Below are positions 1 through 12,025 of a stretch of DNA of 64,000 nucleotides, one piece after another (the first letter of the stretch is position 1; each line of letters begins with the position of its first letter). The DNA is taken from NCBI GenBank assembly GCA_010909165.1, contig VJWM01000107.1, positions 248,001 to 312,000 of the forward strand, in the 5' to 3' direction. Source of the DNA: Anthoceros angustus. Its lineage: Eukaryota > Plantae > Anthocerotophyta. A program made the position numbers and the translations under genes. Below the pieces are notes generated by a model that was given only the letters and a program-made list of their open reading frames with translations, made no database searches and was not told where the DNA came from.

Positions 1-609
1 GCATGGCATAATAAGGTGAAGGTTCCTCATTCTCAGAAGTGGCATCGTCGGAGCGACATAAAGACAATCTCGACTGTAGCGAAGCATTTCTCGCTGTGTG
101 AGGAGCGTGACAATCAATGGGAACGGAACTTAACCAACCAACTGCACCATGTGAGCTTAACGACCTGAGGTGGTGGCGCATCTGTGGCCGTCCAAGGGCT
201 CCATCCCACGGCTGTGGCGGCTGCCGGGCGTGGCCTCCCCGCAGCCTCCAGTTAGCTGGTGTGGCGTGAAAAGCGGCTGTCACTGACTTGCTTGCGGGAA
301 TCACAGGAGGTATACAGCCAGGGCCTACATATCTTTGGAATTCGGATAAGTGGTGAAAACGGGCAGGCAAAACACATCATGGGCTGCGCGTCGCAGGAAA
401 CAACAGTTCCGAGTCCGGACGCTGCCGCAGCCACCAGGGTCCACCAACGGAATCGCCTCGCGATCGGATGCTGCGGCGGATGCTGCCATACTGCTGTGCG
501 TGTCTGTTAAATTTGGGAGTGCCCATTTGGAGCTCGCCTCGCCCGGTCCGCAGGGGAATGTAGCTGCAGACTGCTGGGAAGCCGGTGCCGGGAGCTGCAG
601 CTTGGGGGG

Positions 610-2882
610 ATGGCCTCCCTGAGAGTGTTGGGTCAGGGCGGCATTGGGTCGCAGCAGACGGGGTCCGGGCAACGGCGGGCTCCTGTTGGGCTGTGCTATC
701 AGGAGAGGAGAATGTTGGGTTCGGGGTTCGGGAGAATGTGGGGCTCGGAATTGCTCGGCTCCGAGGCAGGGAGGGGGTTTTTGCCAGGGGTGAAGGCGGG
801 GGCCAGGGCCGCCAGCACGTTGCTTGAGCTGGTGCCCGAGGTGAAAAAGGAGAAGCTGAAATTGGAGCTGCCACGCTATGATGCAGGCAGGAGGAAGGCT
901 GCAGACCTGGTTGTGGTGGGAGCAGGGCCCGCAGGCCTGGCCGTGGCTCAGAGGGTGTCCAAGGAGGGGCTGGATGTGTGCGTCATTGATCCCTCTCCTC
1001 AGAGTGTGTGGCCTAATAATTATGGGGTATGGGTTGATGAATTCGAGGCCATGGACCTGCTGGACTGCCTGGACTACACCTGGGGTAGTGCTGTGGTGTA
1101 TCTGGATGACGACCGGAAGAAGTCGCTGGAGCGGCCTTATGGTAGAGTGAATCGCACTCGCTTGAAGTCCAAGATGTTGGAACAGTGTATAGCGAATGGC
1201 GTGCGATTCTATCAGTCCAAGGTAAGGATTGGGGCTCCCATGACTGGGCACGGTGTTGCAGTGCGCATAAGATGTTTCATGGTTTCATTGTGTGAGGTTG
1301 TCGTGCAGGTCAAGAATGTTGCTCATCTGGAAGATCGGTCCTTCGTTTCATGTGAGGATGATGTGTCCATAGAAGCAGCAGTGGTCCTGGATGCTACAGG
1401 CCACTCTAGGCGGTTGGTGAAGTATGACAAGCCCTTCAATCCGGGGTACCAGATTGCGTATGGCGTAGTTGCAGAGGTGAATCTCAAACTTGTGTCGGAG
1501 GACAGCCCACCTCTGAGGGGCAGATGCTGCTGGAATGTGACATTGACGAATTGAGTTTGTCAATGTCTTCTTCTCTAGGTGGATTCGCATCCTTTTGAAG
1601 TTGACAAGATGTTGTTCATGGACTGGAGGGACTCTCACTTGCGCAGCCAACCTGAACTGAGCAAAGCAAATAAGGAGCTTCCGACGTTTCTGTATGCCAT
1701 GCCGTTCTCTTCAACCAGAATCTTTCTGGGTCTGTATGACTGTTCTTGTCTGAGTAACACCTTCATTCCTTTCAATCCTCATCCGAGTGATTGGTCTCTT
1801 ACTTGTTATCTGTCTCTGTGCTGTAACAGAGGAGACATCGCTTGTTGCAAGGCCAGGAGTGCCAATGGATGTTATCCAGAGGAGGATGGAAGCCCGGATT
1901 AAGCATCTCGGGATCAACATAAGGAGCATCGAGGAAGACGAGTAGGATGCTCTCCTCTGCTTCAGACCGTCAGTTTGTGTGTGCGCAGTTGACTAACATG
2001 CAAGTGCCTTCTCAGAAAATGTGTCATCCCTATGGGTGGTGTCCTTCCTCTAATACCACAGCGGGTGTTGGGAATTGGAGGCACAGCAGGAATGGTGCAT
2101 CCGTCGACTGGTACGTCAATGGCTTGGCCAGATGGGTTCGGTTGACGTTCGTGGAATTGCATGGGCCACCCTAACCCTCCCTAACATTGGCATGGTCATG
2201 TGTGAGCAGGTTACATGGTGGCAAGGACTCTAGCAGCAGCCCCTATCTTAGCAGAATCCATTGTCCGTCGACTGGGAGGGTCACGAAGTGCCGCTGCCCC
2301 GGAAGGCACCAGTTTGTCTAAGGAATCTGCATCTGCACCAGTGCTGCAATCAGAGGCTCCCGCCAGCTCATTTGCAGAAGAATTGTCGGCTGGAGTATGG
2401 GCCGATCTGTGGCCGATTGAAAGACGAGAGCAGAGGGAGTTTTTCTGCTTCGGAATGGACGTCCTGCTTAAGGTAAGGCTAGAAGTGGCAAAGCACTTAT
2501 TCTAGTCCGCACCTAGACAAAAGCCACAGGAAGAAAAACAAAGCAGCTGTGGTAACACTCCTGTGTGTGTGGTGCAGCTTGATTTGGACGGAACAAGGCG
2601 TTTTTTCGATGCGTTTTTCGATCTGGAGCCCTACCACTGGCAGGGATTTTTATCCTCCCGACTCTACCTTGCTCAGGTACGATATCTTCCTTATCACGAC
2701 ATTTTGTTGGTGGAGGTTTTTCTCACGTCGCCTTAACATGTACTCATGTGTTTTTGCAGTTGTTCACCTTTGGTCTGTCCCTTTTCTCCCATGCGAGCAA
2801 TGTTGCCCGATTGGAGATCATGGTCAAAGGAACCGCCCCCTTGGCGCAGCTGCTTAGGAATTTGGCAACTATGAAGCGGTAG
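610..2882 (+). CDS. LCYB: Lycopene beta-cyclase, plastid-targeted, 8 exons (610-1221, 1309-1476, 1579-1729, 1830-1941, 2016-2110, 2210-2472, 2578-2676, 2760-2882)
   Basis: Motifs TLLELVPE.KKE.L, DLVVVGAGPAGLAVAQ (dinucleotide binding), WPNNYGVWVDEFEAMDLLDCLD, FLYAMPFSSTRIFLEETSLVARP, CVIPMGG, GGTAGMVHPSTGYMVARTLAAAP and REFFCFGMD. All junctions are GT-AG and in frame. Stop TAG at 2880-2882. Confidence 0.95.
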
Positions 2883-2986
2883 CTGTAGGAAATTCAGTTT
2901 CATTGTTTGTTTAGGTGTTGTATGCTTTACTTTTGCCATGATGTAACTGCACTTGTACTGATGGAGAAAATTGGCGAAGATCCGTC

Positions 2987-4948
2987 TTACAATGAAAAAG
3001 GATACCTCCGTTGGAAAGGGAGGGGAAGGGTCACGCCGGACTGCACAGCGGCAGCTAATAGTTCAGATGAAGAACTTGCCGAAGATCCGCTCCGGGCAGG
3101 TAGATCGCCGGAGCAACGACGGACAACTTCCATCACCGATTTGGGAAAGAACCTGCGCCGCTGTCGAGCCATACCAACCGTCCCGATTGTAACAGGAACG
3201 TGATCACCATCAGGACTTCCCCTCGGAGCTTTCTCACAAACTGGTGTTCTCTCGGGGTTGCCAGCGCGAGCACTGGCAAGACTGAACGGCCCCGCACTCG
3301 ACACTGGAAGAGCATCTTCCTCCATAGGCCGTGTCGAATCGTCTTGCTTCCCAAAAAAATCTGGAGACTCGAAGTCCTGTACTTCATCCCTTCCTCCAAA
3401 GCTGAAAGAGGATTCAGTTCGCGAAGCTACAGCTTCAGCTCTGCTACCTTGGCCAACTTCATCTTGGCCAGACTGTTTAGATGCATAAGGTCCAGTGGCC
3501 CTACCGCTAACTTCCTTCTCTTCACAACTTGGCAGTGGATCCTTGCTCGAAGTTTTCACCTGATCCGGAGATACCTTACTGGGCCGCTCCACAGGGCGCG
3601 AGAAAACTTCCCTTCGGTCACCCCCTAGACACCATATCGGACAATTTTCCGCCCCGGATTCAGGATTTTTGGATTGAACAAGTCCCTCCACCGATTCTAC
3701 TCCCGATGATACTCGTTCTGACCCCTTTCCATCGTCGTCTTCACTAATATGGTAATTGGTGGACTCTGGCAACTTCATCATGAGCGAAGACGCTGCTTGG
3801 ATAGCTGCTTCCGCCGCATTACCTGTCGAGACCCTGGCCGGTCTGGCTACTTTGGACAGTTGCGCTACTCCACTGTCTTCTGCTGTGCCATGCAGAGATT
3901 GAGGACTGCCACCACTTTGTTCATGTTTCACAATGTGCGGAACCTTCTGCTTTTCCTCCTGCCTGTTGCCATGACCTGCCCCTCCTTGAATACCTTCGGC
4001 CGAATCACCTGTCGAAACCCTGGCCGGTCTGGCTACTTCCGACTGTTGTGCTGCCCCACTGTCTTCTACTGTGCCATGAAGAGATTGAGGACTGCCACCA
4101 GTTTGTTCATGCTTCACAATGTGCGAAACCTTCTGCTTTTTCTTCTGCCTATTGCCATGACCTGCCCCTCCTTGAATAGCTTCGTCCGAATCACCTGTCG
4201 AAACCCTGGCACGTCTGAATACTTCTGACTGTTCTGCTGCTCCATAGTCTTCAACTATGCCATGCAGGGATTGAAGATTGCCACCACTTTCATCCTTGGT
4301 CTTTCGCTCCAGCCTGTTGCCAGCATTGTAAAGTACAACAACAAAGGTGAGATTACGATCTGACACCAGCAGGCAGCGGATGTTCTAGAAACAATCGTGC
4401 ACAATGGAAATGCTGGAGTGCTTGACCTACCGATCGATAGTGTCCTCTCGAGCTCGATATTCGTCCAGTAACAAGGACCTCGCTGGACCACCAAGACCAG
4501 GAGCCGGGCTTGTCCACGCATCACTTCGGTCATCCCGGGCACTCTTCAGGACGCCACCATCCGCACAGGAAGCGGCCGCCGACGGCTCCGCAAGGTCTCC
4601 AGGGAAGATGCCGCACAGACGTCTTCTTGGAGAATGCGACCGGTCACTCTCAAAAGCCCCGTTGAAACTATCTTTCGGAGAGCCCCATTCCACTCCCTCC
4701 TGTGACTCCAGGTCTCCATAGTGGACTCTAGCAGACTCGGGCGAGCCGCTGCTAAGCGATGTTGCAGTGGGAGCTTCTGCTCCAGCAGGCCGGAGCTCTT
4801 CTGGAGTGAAATCTGCTGCGGCATCCTTGGCTCTCCCATCCTCCCAATCCGGGAGAGAGTTCAGAAGCTGCTCCTGTGAAGGCGAGATGAAACATTCCTC
4901 CTTGATCCGATGCACCGACATGGCTCCACATCCTCCCGCGTTTCTCAT
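2987..4948 (-). CDS. Uncharacterised low-complexity (S/G/E/R-rich) protein with about 2.6 copies of a 62-aa repeat; 2 exons (4948-4431, 4313-2987)
   Basis: Two long ORFs (173 and 459 aa) join in frame across a GTAGGT...CAG intron (4430-4314) to give ...TIDR|LERK.... No domain recognised. The start may be 4948 or 4921. Confidence 0.6.
3821..4295. repeat. Coding tandem repeat, 186-bp period, about 2.6 copies
   Basis: ACCTGTCGA recurs at 3821, 4007 and 4193. The protein repeat is QSLHG..ED.GAA.QSEV.R.ARVSTGDS.E.IQGGAGHGNRQ..KQKV.HIVKHEQ.GGSP. Confidence 0.9.
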
Positions 4949-5194
4949 CGGTGCAGAACCCCAACGGTAAACGCCTCCTACCTAACAGGCGCTGCCACGC
5001 ACAGAGGCAGTTAGGTATGATTTCGTTACGTTTCGTTCCGTCCCGTTCCGTTCCGTTGTCCACGGCATAAAAACTTCCTCCGCCTGCCAAGGAAGCCAAA
5101 AATCTGCCTGTTCTCCGCTGCGCTTGAGAAGCTGCAGCTTGTGTGGGTTGTACGTCACCCGTGGTTCCCGCTGAATCTGCTAATTCCGCTCACC

Positions 5195-6164
5195 ATGGGC
5201 CTCGAGGTGAGCTCATCCTGCTTCTCTGCGTTGCGAGAATTCTGTGGCTTGCTTTGAGGTGGATAGATTGCCGGGAATGCGTCGGTGCGTTTCACGTTGT
5301 TCTGCTGACGTGAGAACTTGCGGTGATCCGGTGTTGGCGGTCTCTCCTGCGTAACGTGTGTGCTAGTGGCGGGGGGCTGGTTGCATGCGGGTGAATGTGA
5401 GTCCTAGGCAGCATGTTGTGTGTCTGATGCATCGTGGTTTTGTGGTTTTGATGAGACGCGGCGGTACTATCCCTGTCTCGTTTGTTGTTTCTTCTGAATT
5501 GAGCTGCTGTCTTGTGGAAGCGGTGTGAAGATGAAGCAGCAGGTGTTGCTAAAACTGGAGCTGGCTAACTTTCTCTGACAGCGTTTGCAAGCAAAGCTTT
5601 TTGCTGTTGCTGCGCATGCTTTGAGCTCCTGATGTGTCTGGAGTCCTAGGATGCGTACGTGAATTGTGCGGTGTTTTGCAATGAGCCGGGACGCGCGTAA
5701 AGACGGTTGCTGCCTTGTAAATGGCAGGAGGACTTCAAGAAGGCTGCGGACGGCGCTCTGAAGCTGCCTGAATCGACCACAGATGCTGACAAGCTCATTC
5801 TGTATGGATTGTTCAAGCAGGGCACCGTCGGCGACGTGAATACCGGTAAATGCTTGATGCCAGAGCTCCTCGTGTCTTGTGCGATCACCGCGCTTGGCTG
5901 ACAAGTGACTGTGTGTCCGTCTCTCAGCCCGACCAGGACTCTTCGACTTGAAGGGGAAGGCTAAATGGGACGCCTGGAACAGTCTAAAAGGTAGATGTTG
6001 GTCTTTGTGATTCGCTGCTGCCTTCCCGCACCTTGTAGACGGTACAAGATCTGGTTGGCATTGTGGCTTGGCTTCACTTAGTCTGTCTTCTTCATTCAGG
6101 CAAAACCAAGGAGGAGGCACAGCAGGAGTACATCACCAAGGTGGAGCAGCTCGCAGAAGCATGA
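5195..6164 (+). CDS. ACBP: Small cytosolic acyl-CoA-binding protein (class I), 4 exons (5195-5206, 5728-5845, 5928-5990, 6100-6164)
   Basis: Spliced product MGLE|[39 protein letters not shown]|[21 protein letters not shown]|[21 protein letters not shown], with canonical ACB motifs LYGLFKQ and KWDAW. Confidence 0.95.
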
Positions 6165-6393
6165 AGACTGTTTCCGGGTAGGGCTCAGGAACCGTTCGAC
6201 AACCCCTAGAGAAGCATGATGCTAGGGGAAGGTGGTGGCAAGCATGGGGAGGGACGATGTGTGCAGCTTCAGTGTCAGAATCTCCTGCGAAACCGATGTT
6301 GCTAAACGGTTGGTTGCTTTGGTATTACATACACATTTCATTTGTTTTCTTCTCCGGCTGAGAATAAATCCACATGTTTACCGTCAACCTAGC

Positions 6394-9138
6394 TCATAGG
6401 TTTCGCTCATAGGGCTCCAGCCAGGGAAAGCCGATCGCACCAAACACGTCTCTCTCCGTCTTACAGGACAGCCCGGATGATCGCTGAGACTCCTGCAGCG
6501 ACGGGTCCAACTCTCCATGTGAAGACCCTGCAGGCCGGAAAAGAAAGTGCAGAAGGAAGCACGGGGCGGAGAAACCTACCCTGTGGCCGGTAGCGTCCCG
6601 GAGGACGGGGAACAAGCCGTGGTCATCCAGCTTGTAGCCCTTGCTTTCAGCGATGAGCCGCAACCTGCACATGCCCACCCGTGATCACTGCCGGTGCTCG
6701 ATGTCGTCACGCAAACGACACACATCACACCAGAGGCCAGGACACTGTGCAGTACCTTCTGTTCAGGACATCGTTCCCCGTCCAGGCGATAAGACCGAAC
6801 GGATATTGATCATACGGATACACCTGGAAAAACGGCCACATGATGAACCCACGAAGCAAGCAGGCGTGCCATGGACTGTGCCAGCTTACCTTAATGTCGA
6901 TGCGATGACGTTGTTCACGACCAGGATATTTGCAGAGCCCAAAGAAGGTGTCCACACCGTGGTCGGTTCCCTGCTCAAACCCAGCAAGCTCGATTAGTCG
7001 AGAAGCAAAATTTGGGCTGTGGATAACCAGGTTCCTTCCTTACATGAGAGCTGTGTTCTCCAAACAGTAGCTCTTCTGTGAGGAAATCCATTTCTCTCAG
7101 TTTCTGGACGAGGAGGAGTAAGAACCCGACGTGCCTGTCCGGACAACGCACTGTCAGCTTTACCGAGGTTCTTGCATCGAAGTACGACTCGAATCATGAG
7201 GGACCCATCATCTTACCCCTGCCCATCAGGGTGTGTTATCACCATGTCCATGTCACCACTAGTTGCCTTGCCCCGTCGGTAGGAGCCCCCACAGACCACC
7301 ACTATCTGCATGGATGCACCATAGTCATTGCCTGGGCATCAGGGAGAAAGCCACGGCATTGAGGTTTAATCGCCTCTTGGAGATTTACATTCGGTCTTAT
7401 ACTCTCAGCAGCCTTTTGAACAAGGGCCTCCATCTCTGTCACCTGCGGGAGCAGGCACGACGTTAGCCCAATGGGGCCAAACACTTCGTCCTGCCAAGGG
7501 ACACCGGAGGCTTAAGCCCACCTCATGCCTGGGGATACGCTTGTTGATGTCGTCGTGGTAAATGATCCCCAGCCTTTGTGATGCAGTGAGAGATCTGTCA
7601 CGAAGCACATCTTCCAGCGTCCTGTAACCTTTCTCATACAGCCTATGTGCAGTTGTAGGGCCTATTCCCCATACCGATCCGAACAGGCTGAGTGTTCGTA
7701 TCTGTTTGTTACTGACAGCATCAACACCCTTGACAGAGCGGAATGGCTGTAAAGGTCTTCAAGGTAGGTACAAAGGGTGAAGTGGACAACCTTCTCATCG
7801 GTTCTGAAGTGCTCCAACTTGGACATGGTGCCAGTCTCTAGAATTTCTTCTATCTGCAGATTGAAAGTTTACACCCTGTCTTCATAACTAGTACAGAACC
7901 CACAACCCACTGGCCTGGAGGAAACGGAAGACGTACATGCTCCTCCATCCCCTTGCCGATGCTGGGGAGTCCCTTCACCTGTTTCACATTGGTGATTTTG
8001 AAAGGAACCTTTTCAATAGTCGAGGCAGCTTTGTAGTAGCTGAACGACCTTCTGTCATCTCCCAGAGCTGCAAGATGAAGGTAATCTCATGACCCATGTG
8101 GTAACTCAAAGCAAGAAACGAAACCATTTTTTATACAATCTGGTAGCAGAACGTGCCATCCTTGTATATGCCTCTGAGCTCATCAAAAAGGGCCGTGATT
8201 TCTCGGTTCTGGTTTGGTGGAACACTATGGACAGACCTCTGCAAGAATGGTACCAATGGTTAACATTGCTCTGAAGTAACAACGAGAGGGCTACATCTCT
8301 GCCGCAAAAGCACAGTCAACCTGCTCCACAGACTCAACTTCACCCCCAGATGCTCTATCTTCACTGCCATCTTTTCCTGGATGGTCGTCCCTTGAAAGGA
8401 GTCCTGCTTTTGCTCCTTTCCTAATCATTGTCATCCAGTCGTCTCCTCGTCTGAGCGACTTCTGAGGCCTGTCATTTGTATCATCCGCGTCGCTACCTTC
8501 ACTTGAATAAAGCTTTGAACCATTTTCACTCGCGAGGGAATCAACCAGAGATGGGTCACTTAAAGAGGATGTGGCATCGGCATCTGGAGAAAACGTCAGG
8601 ACATACTTCTCCACTGGCAACAGATTGCCTGAAGTCAGGCAACCCTCTACCCAGTCATACCTTACTGGTACCTGCCACCACCATGAACGAGACAAAAGCG
8701 TCAGACAAACCTTCCCAGTGAAATTCACCATTTTATTGCAGCTATAGAGGCCCCTACCGCTGCCAGCTTCTTCAACCTCTTTCCCTCCACTCTTTCGAGT
8801 AGAGCCTCAATGTTGGCGGCAAAAAAGTGTGTAAGCTTCCTAGAGACTCGGTCTTCAACTGTGCCTCCCATTTGTCGGAACCTGTTCTTCCATACCTGGA
8901 ACAACCGTCAGGCATTCAGCTACTTAAATGCTGTTGTCACAACTAGTCTCCTCACACTTCTAGCTCGAGTCACTTCCAATCTCGAGGCTTCCATGTTTTC
9001 AATCCCAACGAACAAAGTTTCATGAAGCTAAAGCATGTTTTGCTGTTCAACAACAGAGGATTGAGCTGAATTAGATACCTGCAATCGCTGGGGCTGAACT
9101 GTTGTTGGAACAAACAGCGCAACCTTCCCAGAAAACAT
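6394..9138 (-). CDS. POLL: DNA polymerase lambda (family X) with N-terminal BRCT domain, multi-exon; start approximate
   Basis: N-terminal [20 protein letters not shown]|[26 protein letters not shown] (BRCT), [57 protein letters not shown] and C-terminal [12 protein letters not shown]. Confidence 0.93.
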
Positions 9139-9522
9139 CTTGGTGCCGTCCAAGACCACCTTCCATCTCAATCTTCGCTTTTCTCCATCTTACTTCCCAG
9201 CGGGAAACGAAGCGTCTCTGCAACCCACGTAGGCTAAAACTGCAATCTTGCAACGACGTGCACGGTGCTCGAGGGAAGGCGACTGGGACGTTGTTACGCT
9301 TATAGCAACGTTGGCGTGGACTTGCTCGCTGTCGAGTTTTGCTGAAGCCATTTGGATTGCAAGCCGCATTTATAGAGCCTCCAGGTCGAGATTCTTTTTC
9401 GGTTATTTTTCCTTCGGCCGTCATTTCGACAAGGTTTCGGACTGGAGAGCAACGCGCAATCCGAGACAGACAGAATTCGTCCCGGAAGACTTTGGTGGCA
9501 AGTATGTACGTTTTGCTCTTTT

Positions 9523-11625
9523 TCAGCTGCTTGCTGCTTGGGCCCCTTTCAAGTCACCCATCAAGCTCTTCAACTGAGCAATAATCTCGCGCATCTGTGG
9601 GTGAGTTGCATCATTTGCCACAAAACTGTGTACTTCAGCATCTACACTTATCCGCGTTACACCAGGAGTTTTCCTCACCCCTGCATCTTTCATCCGGTCT
9701 CTTATGCATGACTGATCCTGCCACCTACCAGCTGCAGCGTATATGTTCGACATCAACACATACGCGGCAGCGTTTGAGGGATCAAGCTTGACTAAATGCT
9801 CAAATGCACGTCTGCCAAGATCCACGTCACCGTGTGTTTGGCAAGCAGCAAGCATGGATGTCCATACCTCGGCATTAGCTTGGACTGGACATGTGGTGAT
9901 GAGCACTTCCGCATCTCTGAGATGACCAGCGCGACAGAGCAGGTCGATCATGCAGGCAAAATGCTTGGTCTTCGGCATGACACCGTACTCAGCAGCCATG
10001 GATTGATATATGCGATAGCCCTCATCAACCAGGCCTGCTTGACTGCAAGCAGAGAGCACACACATCAAGGTGACCTCGTTCGGCTTCAAACCAGCTTCTT
10101 GCATCTGCGTGAAAAGCCGCAGAGCTTCCTGCCCGCGCCCATGCTGAGCATAAGCCCCAATGATTGCACTCCAAGAAATGACATCTTTATGTCCCAGGTT
10201 TGCAAAGACTTTCCATGCCTCATCCAAGCTCCCACATTTCGCATACATATCCAGTAGGGTGTTACCAACAAGCGTGTCTGACTCCAATTCACATTCTGCA
10301 ACACGCCCATGAACATGCTGCCCTAGCTCCAGGTCCGCCACACTGGCACACGCTCTCAGGACTATCAAAAAAGTCACCATATTCGGCTCTACGCCCTGGT
10401 CCTGCATTAGCCGAAAAAGCTCTAGAGTTTCCTTCCCAAACTCATTCTGCAAGTACCCCCCCAGCATCGAGTTCCAGGACACCAGATCCTTATCCAATAT
10501 ACTGTCAAACACTCTCCTCCCCTCATCCGCACGTCCACATCTACAATACATATCAACCACAGAGTTGGCAAGACCAACATCCAGGTCCCCCGATCTGACA
10601 AGCAGCCGATGAATATGCCTCCCCCGATCCACGGCCCCGGCGCTCCCACATGCCTGCAGCACACTCCCAAGAGTGACCTTATTAGGCTCCACACCCCCCT
10701 CCACCATGCGGTCAAACACCTCCAAAGCCTCCTTCCCCATCCCATGCCGCGCGAACCCTCCAACCATCGCCGACCACATCACCACATTCCTTCCCCGCAC
10801 CCCGTCAAACACTTTCCTCGCATCATCCATCCTCCCCAAAGTCGCGTACATATGAACGAGCGTGCTTCCAATAAAAACATTCAGCTCGATCCCCTGACCC
10901 CGCATCCCCTCCACCAGCTCCATCACTTCCTCCCTGCACCCCGCCTTAGCACACGCCGAGATCATAGCACCCCACAGCACCACATCCCTCCTGCACACAT
11001 CCACCTTATCAAAAACCTCCCGCGCTCGATCCACGCTCCCGCACTTGGCATACATATCCACCAGCGCGCTGGCCACCCTAACGTCCCCCTCCATCCCCGC
11101 GTCCGCCACATGCGCATGCACCATCTCCCCCTGCGCCAGCGCCCCGGCGCTGCCGCACGCCTTGAGCACCGCCACATACACATACCCGTTCGCCTTCACC
11201 CGGGCCCGCATCTCTTGGTACAGCGCGATGGCCTGCCGCGCCTGCCCGTGCGCAGCGTGCCCAGAAATGACCGCCTCCAAGGACACCGCGTTCGGCCTGG
11301 CCATCGCTCGAAACACCTCATTCGCCTCACCCAAGCTCCCGCACGCAGCGAACACCCGCACCAGATCGTTCGCCAGCAGCACGTCCGACATGAGCCCCTC
11401 GCCCGCCACCACGGCCCTGAGCCGCCGCCCGGACGCCAGATCCTTCTCCTTGGCGCAGGCCTGCAGGGCCCCGTGCAACACCTCCTGAACGGCGCCGCCG
11501 CCGGAAGCTTCCCGGCTCCTGCTCTCCTGATCGCTCCCGCCACAACGCCTTTCATCGCCGAGCAGCCGGCGGCCTCGCCCGGAGCTCATCACTGCGCGGG
11601 AAGATGGCGAAGAAGACGACTCCAT
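9523..11625 (-). CDS. PLS-class pentatricopeptide repeat protein, E/E+ type (no DYW deaminase), intronless
   Basis: 700-aa ORF with repeated LVDMYAKCGS/DVVSWSAM/GVEPN.VT motifs and E1-E2 motifs (AAAYVLMSNIYAAAGRW). The PG box (KTPGVTRI..VHSFVANDATHPQ) is followed by a stop before HxE/CxxC/DYW. Confidence 0.95.
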   Translation of the reverse strand: MESSSSPSSRAVMSSGRGRRLLGDERRCGGSDQESRSREASGGGAVQEVLHGALQACAKEKDLASGRRLRAVVAGEGLMSDVLLANDLVRVFAACGSLGEANEVFRAMARPNAVSLEAVISGHAAHGQARQAIALYQEMRARVKANGYVYVAVLKACGSAGALAQGEMVHAHVADAGMEGDVRVASALVDMYAKCGSVDRAREVFDKVDVCRRDVVLWGAMISACAKAGCREEVMELVEGMRGQGIELNVFIGSTLVHMYATLGRMDDARKVFDGVRGRNVVMWSAMVGGFARHGMGKEALEVFDRMVEGGVEPNKVTLGSVLQACGSAGAVDRGRHIHRLLVRSGDLDVGLANSVVDMYCRCGRADEGRRVFDSILDKDLVSWNSMLGGYLQNEFGKETLELFRLMQDQGVEPNMVTFLIVLRACASVADLELGQHVHGRVAECELESDTLVGNTLLDMYAKCGSLDEAWKVFANLGHKDVISWSAIIGAYAQHGRGQEALRLFTQMQEAGLKPNEVTLMCVLSACSQAGLVDEGYRIYQSMAAEYGVMPKTKHFACMIDLLCRAGHLRDAEVLITTCPVQANAEVWTSMLAACQTHGDVDLGRRAFEHLVKLDPSNAAAYVLMSNIYAAAGRWQDQSCIRDRMKDAGVRKTPGVTRISVDAEVHSFVANDATHPQMREIIAQLKSLMGDLKGAQAASS

Positions 11626-12025
11626 CGCCCGCTGCCGAGCTCCCGATCCGCGCGTAACCTAACAGCGAGGAAAGGGCGGTGCGAAGCGCACATACGCTAA
11701 CGACAGTTTTCAGTTACGCGGTAGAGTAACATGTAACGCACAGGACAGTGGACGATGGCGCGCGACGCGTTTTTGGATTCCCGGCTCCTGGGCTGAGAGG
11801 CAGAAGCTGCGGCGCAGGAGATGCTTTGGACTGTACTGTTCCATTCAAACGGCGTTCCCTCGCAGATAGCGGAGCCAGTGGCTGAGATCGGGACATAGCG
11901 TGCTTTCTTTCTCGGGAGCGCATTGGGGGTATCGCGGACTGCAAATGTTGGTGAGCAGCGGGAAGTAGGAACGATCCGGGGAGTTTGTTTGTTGGAACAT
12001 TTGCATCCGGGGAGGAGGATCTGAG

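Noticed and set aside
325-1251. 308-aa minus-strand ORF
   Set aside because: Antisense shadow of LCYB exon 1.
10609-11700. 363-aa His/Pro-rich plus-strand ORF
   Set aside because: Antisense shadow of the GC-rich PPR coding strand.
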